A DNA stretch of 64,000 nt from Octopus sinensis (Eukaryota). The translations under genes were made by a program, and so were the position numbers. The notes below the pieces were generated by a model, which was not told the origin of the DNA, did no database searches, and worked only from the letters and a program-made list of their open reading frames with translations. Position 1 is the first letter of the stretch; each line of letters opens with the position of its first letter. The stretch is from NCBI RefSeq assembly GCF_006345805.1, contig NC_042998.1, forward strand, positions 10,106,001 through 10,170,000, written 5' to 3'. This document shows, piece after piece, positions 51,465 through 63,811 of this stretch.

Positions 51465-51620
51465 AGGCGGCGAGCTTGGCAGAAACGTTACCACCTCGGA
51501 CAAAATGCTTAGCGGCATTTCGTCCGTCTTTACGTTCTGAGCTCAAAAGCCGTCTTGGTCGACTTTGCCTTTCATCCTTTCGGGAGTCAATGAAATAAAT
51601 ACTAGATAAGCACTGGAATC
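51465..51620 (+). mobile_element. SINE family A interrupted by a piggyBac-type element
   Basis: Head and core end at 51620; tail-like sequence (aaattgctggccttatg) resumes after 52158. Confidence 0.7.
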
Positions 51621-51623
51621 TAA

Positions 51624-52154
51624 CCCCTTGACAACGGTTGACGCAAATATGCGATCACAACTTTTGCTTGCCTACCCGCGCTTAACGTAAATATACGATG
51701 TAGAGCTGCCCTACATCTATCACGGACTTTTTAGCGGCTGACGTATGTTTACCTTCGCTATCGTGTACTTTATCTTTTGAGGTGCGCGCGCTCGCCGTCC
51801 CGTGCCTTATCTTAGATATTTTAGGTTACGTTCAAGTCATGAGACTAGCAGTAGACCAATGACATGTGGATACTTGACATGCATAATACCGTGTTTTGAG
51901 TTGTACCACAGGCAAGCTATTTTTTGAACGTGAGCAGAATAACTCGTGCATATCATATGATAAATAGCTCCACACAGTTCGTTTTCATAAACCGGGAGAC
52001 GTAAATGTACGACGCTATGTTATTTATTGTAAGGGTGAACGTAAATAGACGCGAGCTCATTGGCACTTGAGGGTTTGTGTGGTCTCATTAGGTGAAAAAA
52101 ACCCCGGAGCAGTGTCTCGCATGCTTCGGGTCGGGTAATACCGGCGTCAAGGGG
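51624..52154. mobile_element. piggyBac-type non-autonomous element
   Basis: ctaa|CCCCTTGAC...GTCAAGGGG|ttaa: CCC-starting TIRs and a TTAA-like target. Confidence 0.8.
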
Positions 52155-52708
52155 TTAAGTAATGGACTAAAATTGCTGGCCTTATGTCATAATTTGAACC
52201 CATTTGAAACCAATATTTGCATCAATGTTCATAAGTTTTTGACATATGATACGCGAGAGTTAACACAGCTCTACATTCAGAATATCCACTACATAGTAAG
52301 GAGAGCTCCTACATATTCCAGACAGCCTTTAAACAGTCCAGTATCCTTTAAGGTATATACAGTATCGATGAGTTACGAGAGAACTGGATAAAAATGGGTC
52401 GATGGCACAAGAAGAGGAAAGAAAAAAAGAAGAAAAGAGAGAGATAAAGTGAAGGACAGTTAGAAAAGAAAGGGTGTCAAAGTGGTTTGGGCGAGTTATG
52501 GAAGAGCGTCAGTAATGATGGGTGTGAGTCGGGGATATGCCAAGAATCCGGGATGCTGTGTCATGGGTGGAACGTAGTTTGCTGACTTGAATTTGGAGGA
52601 GAAATATGGCTAAAGTTCACCACCTGAATTTCTTGGTGAATCAACAAAAAGTAGTTCCCTTTCATCAAAGTAGAACATGACAGAGCAGAGTCAATATTTT
52701 GTCACTCA

Positions 52709-53289
52709 TAAGGCGCGAGTTGGCAGAAACGTTAACACGCCGGGCGAAATGCTTAGCGGTATTTCGTCTGCCGCTACGTTCTGAGTTCAAATTCCGCCGA
52801 GGTCGACTTTGCCTTTCATCCTTTCGGGGTCGATAAATTAAGTACCAGTTACGCACCGGGGTCGATGTAATCGACTTAATACCTATGCCTGTCCTTGTTT
52901 GTCCCCTCTGTGTTTAGCCCCTTGTGGGTAATAAAGAAATAGGTATTTCGTCTGCCGCTACGTTCTGAGTTCAAATTCCGCCGAGGTCGACTTTGCCTTT
53001 CATCCTTTCGGGTCGATTAAATAAGTACCAGTTACGCATTGGGGTCGGTATAATCAACTTAATCCGTTTGTCTGTCCTTGTTTGTTCCCTCTGTGTTTAA
53101 CTCCTTGTGGGTAGTAAAGAAATAAGTATTTCGTCTGTCATTACGTTCTGAGTTCAAATTCCGCTGAGGTCGACTTTGCCTTTCATCCTTTCGGGGTCGA
53201 TAAATTAAGTACTTGTTGCGTACTGGAGTCGGGCTAATCGACTGGCCTCCTGCCCCAAAATTTCGGACCTTGTGCCTAGATTAGAAAAG
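52709..53289 (+). mobile_element. SINE family A multimer: two type-1 units then a type-2 terminal unit
   Basis: 16-bp TSD aatattttgtcactca at 52693-52708 and 53290-53305; internal junctions aaagaaata(g/a)gtatttcgtctg. Confidence 0.92.
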
Positions 53290-53399
53290 AATATTTTGTC
53301 ACTCAAGTTACATTTGAGACTGCCCTATATTTATATGATTTTGTGGTTATTCTTCAATTCATTAGGAGGAGGTTTTCAGTTCCTCGGCCTTTTAGCTAC

Positions 53400-53645
<246 letters not shown>

Positions 53646-53649
53646 TAAG

Positions 53650-54000
53650 CACTGACATTGAAATTCGCTTATTGCGTCTAAACGGAGGTTTTTTTTTCCT
53701 AAATCGGGTATTATATACGTTCTTGGTAAGGCTGATGTAAGTTCTTTATTTACTCCCGCATCTGAAAAATTTGCTCTGTATACCAGTTCTTTTTTGCAGT
53801 ATGTATTATGTAGGGGACAATTGGTTATAGTTCAAAAGTTGCATTCTTACCTGGATTCTCGCATACTATTTCTAGCTATTTTATTATGGTTAAATATTTG
53901 GCACACTCTACATAAGTAGCTATTACTTACTTGCCCGGATTCTTATTAAAGATTTTGTGGCTTTTAGAGGATGTAAGAGTGAATATTTATCATGGTTAAG
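53650..54000 (-). mobile_element. Possible Penelope-like GIY-YIG fragment
   Basis: Degenerate translation CKKELVYRA...TYISLTKNVYNTRF resembles C...VVYxA..YIGLT..FK.RY. Confidence 0.4.
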
Positions 54001-54129
54001 AAGTACCTAGATAGATATGGTTATAATACATAGTGAATCGAACTATATAATTTCGTAACATGGGCCGACATTGTCGAAAATATTCTTAACTGATGATAGA
54101 TTGGAGATCTGCCTAGCAATATGCTTAAC

Positions 54130-54586
54130 TATTGGTTTCAAATTTTGGCACTAGGACAGCAGGTTCAGGGGATGGCATAAAACGATTACATCGACCCCAA
54201 AACTCAACTTTTACTTATTTTATCGAGCCCGAAGGGATGAAAGTCAAAGTCGACTTCGGTGGAATTTGAACTCAGAACATTTAGACAGACGAAATGCCGC
54301 CAAGCATTTTGCTTGCTGTGCTAACGATTCTACTAGCTTGCCGCTTTAATATGTTTAAATATTGATTTCAAAATTTGTCACAGAGCCAGTCATTTCGGGG
54401 GTGGGGGTGGGGGAGAGGGTAAGTCGATTACATCGACCCCAGTGCTCAACTAGTATTTATTTTATCGAGTTCGAAGGGATGAAAAGCAAAGTCGACTTCG
54501 GCGGAATTTGAACTTAGAACGTCAAGAGAGACGAAATGCCGCTAAATGCCCGGTGTGCTAATGATTCTGCCAGCTCGCCGCCTTAA
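54130..54586 (-). mobile_element. Two adjacent diverged SINE A copies
   Basis: Two reverse matches (about 54130-54347 and 54360-54586), each bounded by aatatg(c/t)ttaa. Confidence 0.7.
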
Positions 54587-54722
54587 TATGTTTAATTATT
54601 AGCGATGATTCGTTGGAGCCTATGTTCATGTTGATTGTGCCTTCATTCAATTTATCATATGGATAAATGTTGTCTTTATTAAGACTCAAAGTTATATTTA
54701 GATAGTTTACCACAAGTTCATA

Positions 54723-55110
54723 TCTTTATATATAAAAGTGAAGTTGTGTGTCTGTCTCCTACGATTTAGATTCCTAACTACTCCCACATTTTGCGGTAAC
54801 CAAAAGCAAGTATCTTATAGTCGTGATTCATATCGAGCCCTTCTGGGTATTAGCGCGCGTCTACAACGAGTCTACGATTAAAAAAAAATTACCATCATTT
54901 TTTCCCATTTTTAATGCATTTTTTTTGCTATTATATAAGGGAAGTAACTCTCTAAAAATGTATTATTAAATCTCAGAACGTAAAAATCTACAGTAACACC
55001 CCCCCTTTGTGGTTAGCCATATTGAGATGGCTATTATACTTTACATCTCTAAAAATGCTTATATAGTTATTTCCCTTACAAACCCGAGCAACGCCGGGCG
55101 ATACTGCTAG
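54723..55110 (+). mobile_element. Non-autonomous Helitron H1 carrying an 85-bp foreign insert
   Basis: A|TC...CTAG|T; insert 54961-55045 between repeats of tctctaaaaatg. Confidence 0.85.
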
Positions 55111-55360
55111 TTTGTTATAATTTTAAGCATTAAACTGTCTAAATATGCTGATGAATTTTGTCCTTAATTTTATCCATCTTGTGTCTGTTCTTCGGTTGTG
55201 GTTCAGTGATTTAGATTAAATTTAGATTCCAAACGAACTTCTAAGGAATCACTTTTACCATTCAGGAAAGATATGAATTTATTTTTTGTAACATACATTT
55301 TGCTGATCAAACAGACCTATGATCAAACTCATTCCAGCTGTGAATACTTCTCTTATATTG

Positions 55361-55630
55361 CGAAGGCGTGTGGCTCAGTGGTTAGGGGGTATTCGGCTGA
55401 TGATCATAAAGACGTGAGTTCGATTCCCGACGGTGCGTTGTGTCCTTGACCACGACACCTTAGTTCACATTGCCCCAGTCCATCCAGCTGTCAAAAATGA
55501 GTTGTACCTGTATTTCAAAGAACCAACCTTTTCACATTCTGTGTCATGCTGAATCTCCCTGAGAACTAGGTTAAGGGTACGCTTATCTGTGGAGTGCTCA
55601 GCCACTTATATGCTAATTTTACGGGCAAGG
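55361..55630 (+). mobile_element. Old tRNA-derived SINE sharing its 3' half with family B
   Basis: A/B boxes tggctcagtgg and gttcgattcc; central tgtgtccttgacc..acac; then gttgtacctgtatttcaaag...gtggagtgctcagccactt as in family B. Confidence 0.65.
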
Positions 55631-56730
55631 TTATTTTTTTTATATATAGAGAGATCTAAAGTAGTCTTCTCTTTTCTAAAAAGTAGGATGAGATTTGAGA
55701 GTAATTTGGCTAGTTTTTAGCAGATCGAAGCCCAACATTTTGGCAATCAATTTGTGAAAGCAAGAGGCACCTTGATATAAGTGTCATTCAGATTACTTCC
55801 ACTATATTTTAACAAATATGTATCATTCAGGTTATATAAAAACCCGAAATCTCCATCTTCACGTTTGAGACAACAGCTACAACAATGATACACATGGCTA
55901 TACAATAATATCATGAATACTAATGACATATTCGTCAATTTTAAACTGATGTTACTATTTACAGTGAGGAATTATAACCACGATCCGCCACTTATTATTA
56001 TAATTGAGTAATCTGAATACAGATATTACGCGCAGACACGAGAGGGATCTGGTCTCATGAGAAATTCTTCGAAAGGTCAGCTTAATTGTAAGCAAATCCA
56101 CCCACGTTCACATGGGATACTTGCAAGACCTCAAAAACGATTAACAGCAAACAAGAGCTGTGTTTTGTTTTTCCTCGTTCCTCAAAAATTAACAGAGTTC
56201 TCAGAGAAATCAAGGTCGATAGAATAAACCATAAAAATATTCTTAAAACAAATATAATGGTACATACGATTATGTATTTTGTACACAAACAGCGCAACAC
56301 GAGTGACATGGCAACTACCAAACTTTCAGCTGGTAATCTCTGACACTTTAAAGCTCGAGTCATCAATGGCTTTCCACGTTATATTGCATAACGCCTGAGC
56401 AAGCTTTCAGATTACAGCTCACTTTCGTTAGAAAAGAAATTATGGATATATTACATAATGTAGTCCTGTGTATATCCAAAATACGGAATGGCCATGACTG
56501 GAATGTCTTTTGTTATAGATTTGTTCGACTAGGCTTGACTGGAAGTAAAGCATAAAAACAATTATCATTTAGGTGGTGAGATCGACTGGACAAATGGCTT
56601 ATTACTTACCTTAGTTACGCTAAAGCGAAATCCTTGTGCTAGAAGCTAGATATGAATCATCAATTTTTGCCAGACTTTTAAACTCAACAACCGATAGTCT
56701 TCTTCAAAACTTCTCAAAAGTATATATATA

Positions 56731-57266
56731 CAGGGTGTCCCAAAAAAATGTATACACACCTTAAATAATTGTAAATTTGGGGTTTATTATAATTCGAATA
56801 ATTTTCAACATGTAAAAGAATTTACAAATATCATTCTATTGTCTTGTTATCGCATGTTCTCAAACTGATGTCCGTTCTGCTCCAGACACTGCTGACAACG
56901 CGAAGCGATGGAATGGCACACATCATGGAACAATTCCCTTGGGATATTCGTACATTCATGTTCAATGGTTGCCCTCAATTGAACGACTGTTGCAGGTTTC
57001 TGTGCGTAGACTTTGTCCTTTAGGTATCCCCATAAAAAGAAGTCTAGTGGTGTGAGGTCTGGTGAACGTGGAGGGTATTCGACAAAACCTATCCGTCCAA
57101 TCCACCTGTTTGGCAAGATCCCATCAAGAAAGGATCTAACATCGCGATGGTAGTGTGGAGGTGCCCCATCTTGCTGGAAATAAAACTCTTCCTGTTCAAA
57201 GTCCTCTCTAATGCTTGGCATGACAGACTGTTGCAGAAAGTGTATACATTTGTTTGGGACACCCTG
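56731..57266 (-). mobile_element. Internally deleted Tc1/mariner element in the SULT intron
   Basis: TA|CAGGGTGTCCCAAA TIR and inverse TTTGGGACACCCTG|TA; encodes FQQDGAPPH...PPRSPDLTPLDFFLWGYLK. Confidence 0.93.
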
Positions 57267-57622
57267 TATATATATATGTAAAAGAAAAGACATATGCCCT
57301 ATCTCTGAGAAAGGGTTTTGCTTGAAACATCGAAGTTTCTATCTCTCAAAGGACATATGAACAGCTATAATACGAATTCATTCACATGCTTGACTGGCAT
57401 TTTATTTTATGTACATCAGAAACATGAAAGGTAAAGTTGATTTCGATGGGACTTAAACAGAAATCTTAAAGAGCAGTAACAAAATACCAGACGTTTTATT
57501 TAATGCTCTAACGATTCTACAAATCCCTCGCTGAATCCAAACTTAACGAAATATTTGAAATCTATCAATTCGTCCAGTTGAGCTCACACACATACAAATA
57601 CATAGTCATATTATTTACTTAC

Positions 57623-57940
57623 CGTTTCCAACTCTAAACAATTCGTAAAAGGCAGGAAACTTTCCAGTGTAATCCGTTTCCAGGTCAGCAACATTGTGGT
57701 TATACCAGGAGACAGCAGTATCTTTGGGGTTGCGGGAAATCAAGATTATTTTATTATTTTCAAGAAGGCATTCAGGAACTTGCTCGATATAAACGTGTGC
57801 ATTTAATACACGCGGCTCTTTCAAGTTGTCCAATGTTTTCGAGCTGCTGTTTTCAATCATGTAATGTTCTTTTTCTAGTTGCAATCGTTCTGCTTTGCCC
57901 TCAATCAGCATACAGGTTACTTCCCACAACCAATGCGTTC
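57623..57940 (-). CDS. Cytosolic sulfotransferase (Sulfotransfer_1) internal exon
   Basis: Acceptor ttttgtttag|GA ACG CAT TGG gives (G)THW, the end of the 5'-PSB loop. Also encodes catalytic-His region PRVLNAH and 3'-PB motif SRNPKDTAVSWY. Donor G|gtaagt; 318 nt, phase 1 to phase 1. Confidence 0.93.
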
Positions 57941-57993
57941 CTAAACAAAAATATAACGGGTAGTATTAGTGTGATTTCATCATTTATACGTTA

Positions 57994-58289
57994 CTAGCAG
58001 TATCGCCCGGCGTTGCTCGGGTTTGTAAGGGAAATAACTATATAAGCATTTTTAGAGAGTTATAGCCATAATATAGCAAAAAAATGCATTAAAATGGAAA
58101 AAAATGATGGTGAATTTTTTTTTTAAATCGTAGACTCATCGTAGACGCGCGCTAATACCCAGACGGGCTCGATATGAATCACGACTATAAGATACCCGCT
58201 TTTGGTTAAACTGCACCGCAAAATGTGGGAGTAGTTAGGAATCTAAATCGAAGGGGACAGACACACAACTTGACTTTTATATATAAAGA
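57994..58289 (-). mobile_element. Non-autonomous Helitron H1
   Basis: TC...CTAG termini between A and T; ends 53 bp from the SULT acceptor at 57941. Confidence 0.87.
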
Positions 58290-58318
58290 TTATGCAAACT
58301 TTATTACCAGACTATAAA

Positions 58319-58378
<60 letters not shown>

Positions 58379-58523
58379 CAGGCGTTTGCCATTTTGCATT
58401 CCACAAACACGTTTTATTTTCCCCATCCACTTTCTCTTTCTAACTCTCTTGTAATCTTTTTATTTACCTTTACTATCTTTTGTTTACCTTTACTTTTGTT
58501 TACCTTTACTTTCTTTCTTAAGT

Positions 58524-58771
58524 CTTCTTCTTCTTAATCCGTTTTGCCCCTTGTAGAGCATAGAGCCTCAACAGTTGTCTTCCCCTTTTTGCAGTCATTG
58601 GCGTATTTCTTGGCTGCTTCCCATATCAGGCCGGTGGTCCTGAGCTCGTCCAAAATGCTCCGCTTCCATGTCTGCTTTGGGCGTCCTCGCTTCCTTTTTT
58701 CCCCCGCGGGTTCCTGCCAAGTGCTTGTCGTGTCACATTTGTGGGTTCTTTCCGCAGTGTGTGTCTGTTCC
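58524..58771 (-). mobile_element. RTE-clade LINE 3' fragment with (GAA)n tail
   Basis: Translation HTLRKEPTNVTRQAL...; 12-bp TSD tctttcttaagt at 58512-58523 and 58772-58783. Confidence 0.8.
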
Positions 58772-58799
58772 TCTTTCTTAAGTAACTTCTTGTAATTTT

Positions 58800-59476
58800 C
58801 TATAATAACGAGCTCTGTTACATAAATAAGCTTGTTTCATAAACGACATCCTTGCATTCCAACGGGGCGCCGACTGAATAATTGTGTGAGTAATAAAAGA
58901 AAATATGGTAAGGTTCGAGAAACAAGAATGATGCGTAACAAAATAACTTCTTGTTATGATAGGTAACAAAGTAACTTCTTGTAATTTTCTTATTCTCTCA
59001 TTATCTGTTCCTCACAGACGCAGATGCACACGCGCGCAGGCGCTCTTTTGATTTCTTCCGTTAAAATTTTTCTACAAGCGGCCTTCTGTTCGATTATTCG
59101 ATCATTTTTGGCCAAACATTCTTTGGGAATCAATTTCCAAAAGCTAAAATTTACCGCAATTTGCGAAGTGTGGGAATGAAATATGAAAGGTGCAAGGTAG
59201 CTCTTTCACACTCCCAAACATACGTTCCTTTGTAACGAATTCAATAAATCCTCCTTTGATACGCTTGTGATACTTTTTATTTCAACAACGAAGCTGGTGA
59301 GAATGGCTGACTGTATGTCCGAGGGCAGCCATTTTGTTACGCATCATTCTTGTTTCTCGAACCTTACCATATTTTTATTATTATTACTCACACAATTGTC
59401 AGTCGGTGTCCAGTTGGAATGCAAGGATGACGTTTATGCAGTAAGCTTATTTATGTGACAGAGTTCGTTATTATAG
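58800..59476. mobile_element. Element or inverted duplication with roughly 145-bp terminal inverted repeats
   Basis: Arms 58800-58944 and 59331-59476 align by eye with scattered mismatches; superfamily unclear. Confidence 0.7.
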
Positions 59477-59592
59477 TTTATACAGCCGGATGAAAAGAAA
59501 ACTTTACATGTCGAGACATGCCGCCCATAGGTTTCGATAATCTCATCAACAAGTTTTGAGCTCATATTTCCGTCGCTTTTAACTTTTTATCT

Positions 59593-59937
59593 GTGACCAT
59601 CAAATTTTGTTCGAATGTGGACTACGGCAAAGAAATAGATTCCTTGGTGCTTGCTCCATTTTCACCAGTCATTGACGACATTACCAAATTCGCTGGCACA
59701 GAATACAAAATGTGGTTCTTCGACGATGTTTTCCTGGGTGACAACCGTCTTAATGTCATCGAAGCTTCGAAACGTTTGACTCATTCTCTTACTAAACCCA
59801 TTCTCGAATTTAATGAAGCCACAAGCGAGTTTCTTGCTCTCAAACACTCACATAACGATTACCAGGAAACATCATACTCCGTAATCCCTTTCTTTTTATG
59901 TTCCAGAAAGTTGAAATTGGATTTTAAGTCTCCTTAA
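59593..59937 (+). mobile_element. Possible decayed non-LTR reverse transcriptase fragment
   Basis: FSPVIDDI...MWFFDDVFLG resembles the F.L.I....W(Y/F)xDD..L.G catalytic region; upstream motifs are missing. Confidence 0.4.
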
Positions 59938-60250
59938 TCCATGTATTTTTAATCACACATGACCGTCAATCTTTGGAAATATTGAATCGTATCAGGCTTC
60001 TTCCCGTCTCGAAACAGTTTCAACCGCCCTCACATGATGTACTACAATCCTTTATGCCGATCGACCGTCAGTTTTCTCCAATTTGATTCTTTGAAGCGGG
60101 ATTGTTGTTGTTGTTTTTTTTTTTGCATTACCAACCTCGATGTGTTTGATCTAACTTGATCTAAATGTAAAAAGTCTAAGATTCTCCTTGTTATTTGACC
60201 TCTCCATGATTAGCTTTGTGTCTTTTCTCCATACTCCTATTGCCACAACA

Positions 60251-60641
60251 TAGTGGAGGCGCAATGGCCCAGTGGTTAGGGCAGCAGACTCGCGGTCATA
60301 GGATCGCTGTTTCGATTCCCAGACCGGGCGTTGTGAGCGTTTATTGAGCGAAAACACCTAAAGCTCCACGAGGCTCCGGCAGGGGATGGTGGTGATCCCT
60401 GCTGTACTCTTTCACCACAACTTTCTCTCACTCTTACTTCCTGTTTCTGTTGTACCTGTATTTCAAAGGGCCGGCCTTGTCACTCTCTGTGTCACGCTGA
60501 ACATCCCCGAGAACTACGTTAAGGGTACACGTGTCTGTGGAGTGCTCAGCCACTTACACGTTAATTTCACGAGTAGGCTGTTCCGTTGATTCGGATCAAC
60601 CGGAACCCTCGTCGTCGTAACCGACGGAGTGCTTCCAAAAA
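60251..60641 (+). mobile_element. SINE family B
   Basis: 12-bp TSD attgccacaaca at 60239-60250 and 60642-60653. Confidence 0.92.
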
Positions 60642-62214
60642 GATTGCCACAACAGTTGAATCCTCATCCTAGGATATAGAGACCTCAGTTTCAGAGTGGG
60701 CATTCGCACATGGATCCGTTCCTGAGCTGAAAGAGAAACAGAGACCACGAAACAACATCTTAAAGAGGCTGATGATCTGCTCGTTAAAAATGTCGACTAT
60801 ATTGATAGATATTGAATTCTCTCAACCAGGTGTCTTGGATCGGAAAATTCATTTCATTGGCTGTCGATACTCCTTAGCCCTGAAGATTGGCATTTTTCCA
60901 TTGCTATTTGTTTAGATGCCAGATATATAATTTCATACGATACTAGTGTAGTGAAGTCTTAGGTAACTGAGGATATGACGATCCTACAAACTTAATGGCA
61001 GTAGGATACTAAGAAGCACGGAGGGCAATGATATTGTTAAATGGGCTCAGTCAAAAATTTGAGTTCCCTATCATTCTGGAGCCAGTAAATTTTCTCATGG
61101 CACAGTCGATTGCAAAGAAGACTCGGGGGTCACAGCAATACTAGTCGAATTAATGAAATCCCGAAAATACCATGATTTACTCGGTCACTATTACTACTAT
61201 CACCTTTTGAGACTAGTGGGAACTGTGGTTCTTCCACTTCTAAGTTTAAATCAGAATTGGATGTGAAGTTATCGGAGGTGTTATGTGAGCCCTAACAAGC
61301 TGCTGGATTTCGTCAAAGGCTTTCACTTGTAATTATGGAAGACCATCCAGCAAGTTCCCTTTGCCATTCTGCTGCCATAGTATGGCATATCACACGACGA
61401 AGGTACAAAAAGGGAAGTGTTAAGTATCCTAGACGTGAATAGAATTCCAGGTAATAATCTTTAATCTGAAATGCTTAGTTTAGGAAATATTTCGGATTTC
61501 AGATTCTGTTTTTCTTTTCAGTAAAAGGAGGGTATTAAGGCATGTATAAAGTGGGAGACCTGTGTCTTACCCATTTACATTTCATAATACAGCTTATACT
61601 GATACAACGATCATATGATACAAATTTGGCGCCAGACCACGATATTTCGCACGACATTTAACAATTCTACTTTGGGAACAGTTCGCTTTTCATGAAGAGA
61701 AAATGCGCCTGTTAGACTTACACAGCTTCATGATACAACTACACGAAACTAGCTTTTACGCACTCCCCCCATTCTATGTTCAGCTACGACCTCCTTCCCT
61801 TGTTTAATCCTTTCCTTCTCCAAAGCATTTTCATGATTCTGTCCTAAACGTCCTTGCTTGTTTTCAGACTTTTAGCTAGTTCTTAGTTCTTGTTCACACG
61901 TTCTGAGTAATACAAAGCTTTCTTATCGTGTCTTAAATTACTCTGGTAGTTGGAAAAAGTGGGAGTGTGTATTATACACATGACGTCTGGGCACCAGGGA
62001 AATATGTCCTGTGTCTCACATGTGAATACACAGGACAGGCAAAAGGGTTGAAAACATTTTTGGGGCACTTTCAGGAATTTTCAGTTCGTGGTGTTTCATT
62101 CATCTAAAAAGATATATACGAAAAAAAAGGGTGGGATGGTGGAATTTTCGGGTTTCGGAATTTCAAATAAAGAAATATCTACTTCATAATAGAAGAAGAA
62201 TGTGTGCGAATATA

Positions 62215-62254
62215 CGCACGCACACACACACACACGCGCACACACACACACGCG

Positions 62255-62307
<53 letters not shown>

Positions 62308-62495
62308 ACACACACGCACACACACGCACGCACACACACACGCACACACACACGCACACACACACACACACACACGCACACACACGCACACACACACGCA
62401 CACACACGCACACACACACACACGCACACACACACACGCACACACACACACACGCACACACACACACACGCACACACACACACACACACACACAT
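62215..62495. repeat. (CA)n/(CACG) microsatellite
   Basis: Directly visible. Confidence 0.96.
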
Positions 62496-62940
62496 TTCTA
62501 TAAACTCGATGGTTTTGAAACTCTTTCGAACTGAATTAAACATATCTGTATACTTTTTCCCCTTTTGTTCTTAGACTTTTCGAATTGGCGTCATTTGAAT
62601 TGAATACGTAAACAACATTAACAAAAACTGAATGAAAAACATTTGTATTGTGTGAATTAGTCTTAAATTCAGCATAACACCCGCATTCTTCTTTCTCTTA
62701 TATATATGATGTATATGTATATTTGTATGCATATGTGTGTGCGTGTGTGTGCGTGCGTGTGTATGTAAGTTTGTATGTATGTATGTATGCATGTGTGTGT
62801 GAGTGTGAGAGTGTATATGTATGTATGAATGTATGTATGTTTAGTCAGGAAAAGGAAGTTAGATCCCACGGTCTTATGAAACTCCAAACTGAAAATCTGG
62901 CAGCATCTAGGTCAGATCAGAATGATTGATGATTACAAAT

Positions 62941-63178
62941 TATCATCATCATCATCATCATCATTATCATCATCATCATCATCATTTGGAGTAGTAGTAG
63001 TAGTAGTGGTAGTGGTAGTAGTAGTAGTAGTAATAGTAGTAGTAGCAGTAGTAGTAGTGGCAGTAGTAGTAGTAATAGTAGTAGTAGTAGTAGTAGTGGC
63101 AGTAGTAGTAGTAGTAGTAGTAGTAGTTGTAGTAGTAGTAGTATTAGTAGTAGTAGTAGTAGCAGTAGTAGTAGTGGC

Positions 63179-63213
<35 letters not shown>

Positions 63214-63295
63214 CAGTAGTAGTAGTGGCAATAGTAGTAGTAGTAGTAGCAGTAGTAGTAGTGGCAGTAGTAGTAGTAGTAGTTGTTGTTGTAGT

Positions 63296-63356
<61 letters not shown>

Positions 63357-63372
63357 TAGTAGTAGTAGTTGT
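62941..63372. repeat. (CAT)n followed by a long (TAG)n microsatellite
   Basis: Directly visible. Confidence 0.96.
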
Positions 63373-63811
63373 TTTACATTGTTCTTGTTTCGTCCCCATG
63401 TCAGTCTTGGCAGACCTATGTATGATTAATCATATTATGATATTCCATCAGTTCTACGTGGTTTTATCTAACTAGTATTATATATCGTCCAAATGTGTTC
63501 TTCCTTTGGGTAAGAACACTGGAGTGCGTCGAATCTTTTCTACTCTAGGCACAAGGCCAGAAGTTTTTTTTGGGGAGGGGCCCAGTCGATTAGATCGACC
63601 CCAGTACGCAACTGGTACTTAATTTATCGACCCCAGGAGGCTCTGTTGTTGACTGGAAGTTAGAAGTTGAAACAACCAACAGGGACAGGAAAGCCGTGGA
63701 CGAAGAGCAAACATTACACGGGAAGAGGAAGGACGCAATCGTTAAAATTACACAAATAATAGGTATCAAAATAGAAAAGAGCAGGATATACTAAAGATAT
63801 TCATTTATTTA

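Noticed and set aside
55747-56366. Short ORFs with protein-like composition (55747-55938, 56082-56366)
   Set aside because: No recognisable motif, no consistent splice sites and no phase fit with the SULT exons.
56847-57293. Functional transposase genes (also 28639 and 41674)
   Set aside because: Only C-terminal fragments remain inside internally deleted elements; the DNA-binding domain and first catalytic Asp are missing.
60251-60330. tRNA gene (also the heads of the other family A, B and C copies)
   Set aside because: A and B boxes are present, but each continues into a SINE body with a TSD, and no complete cloverleaf was seen.
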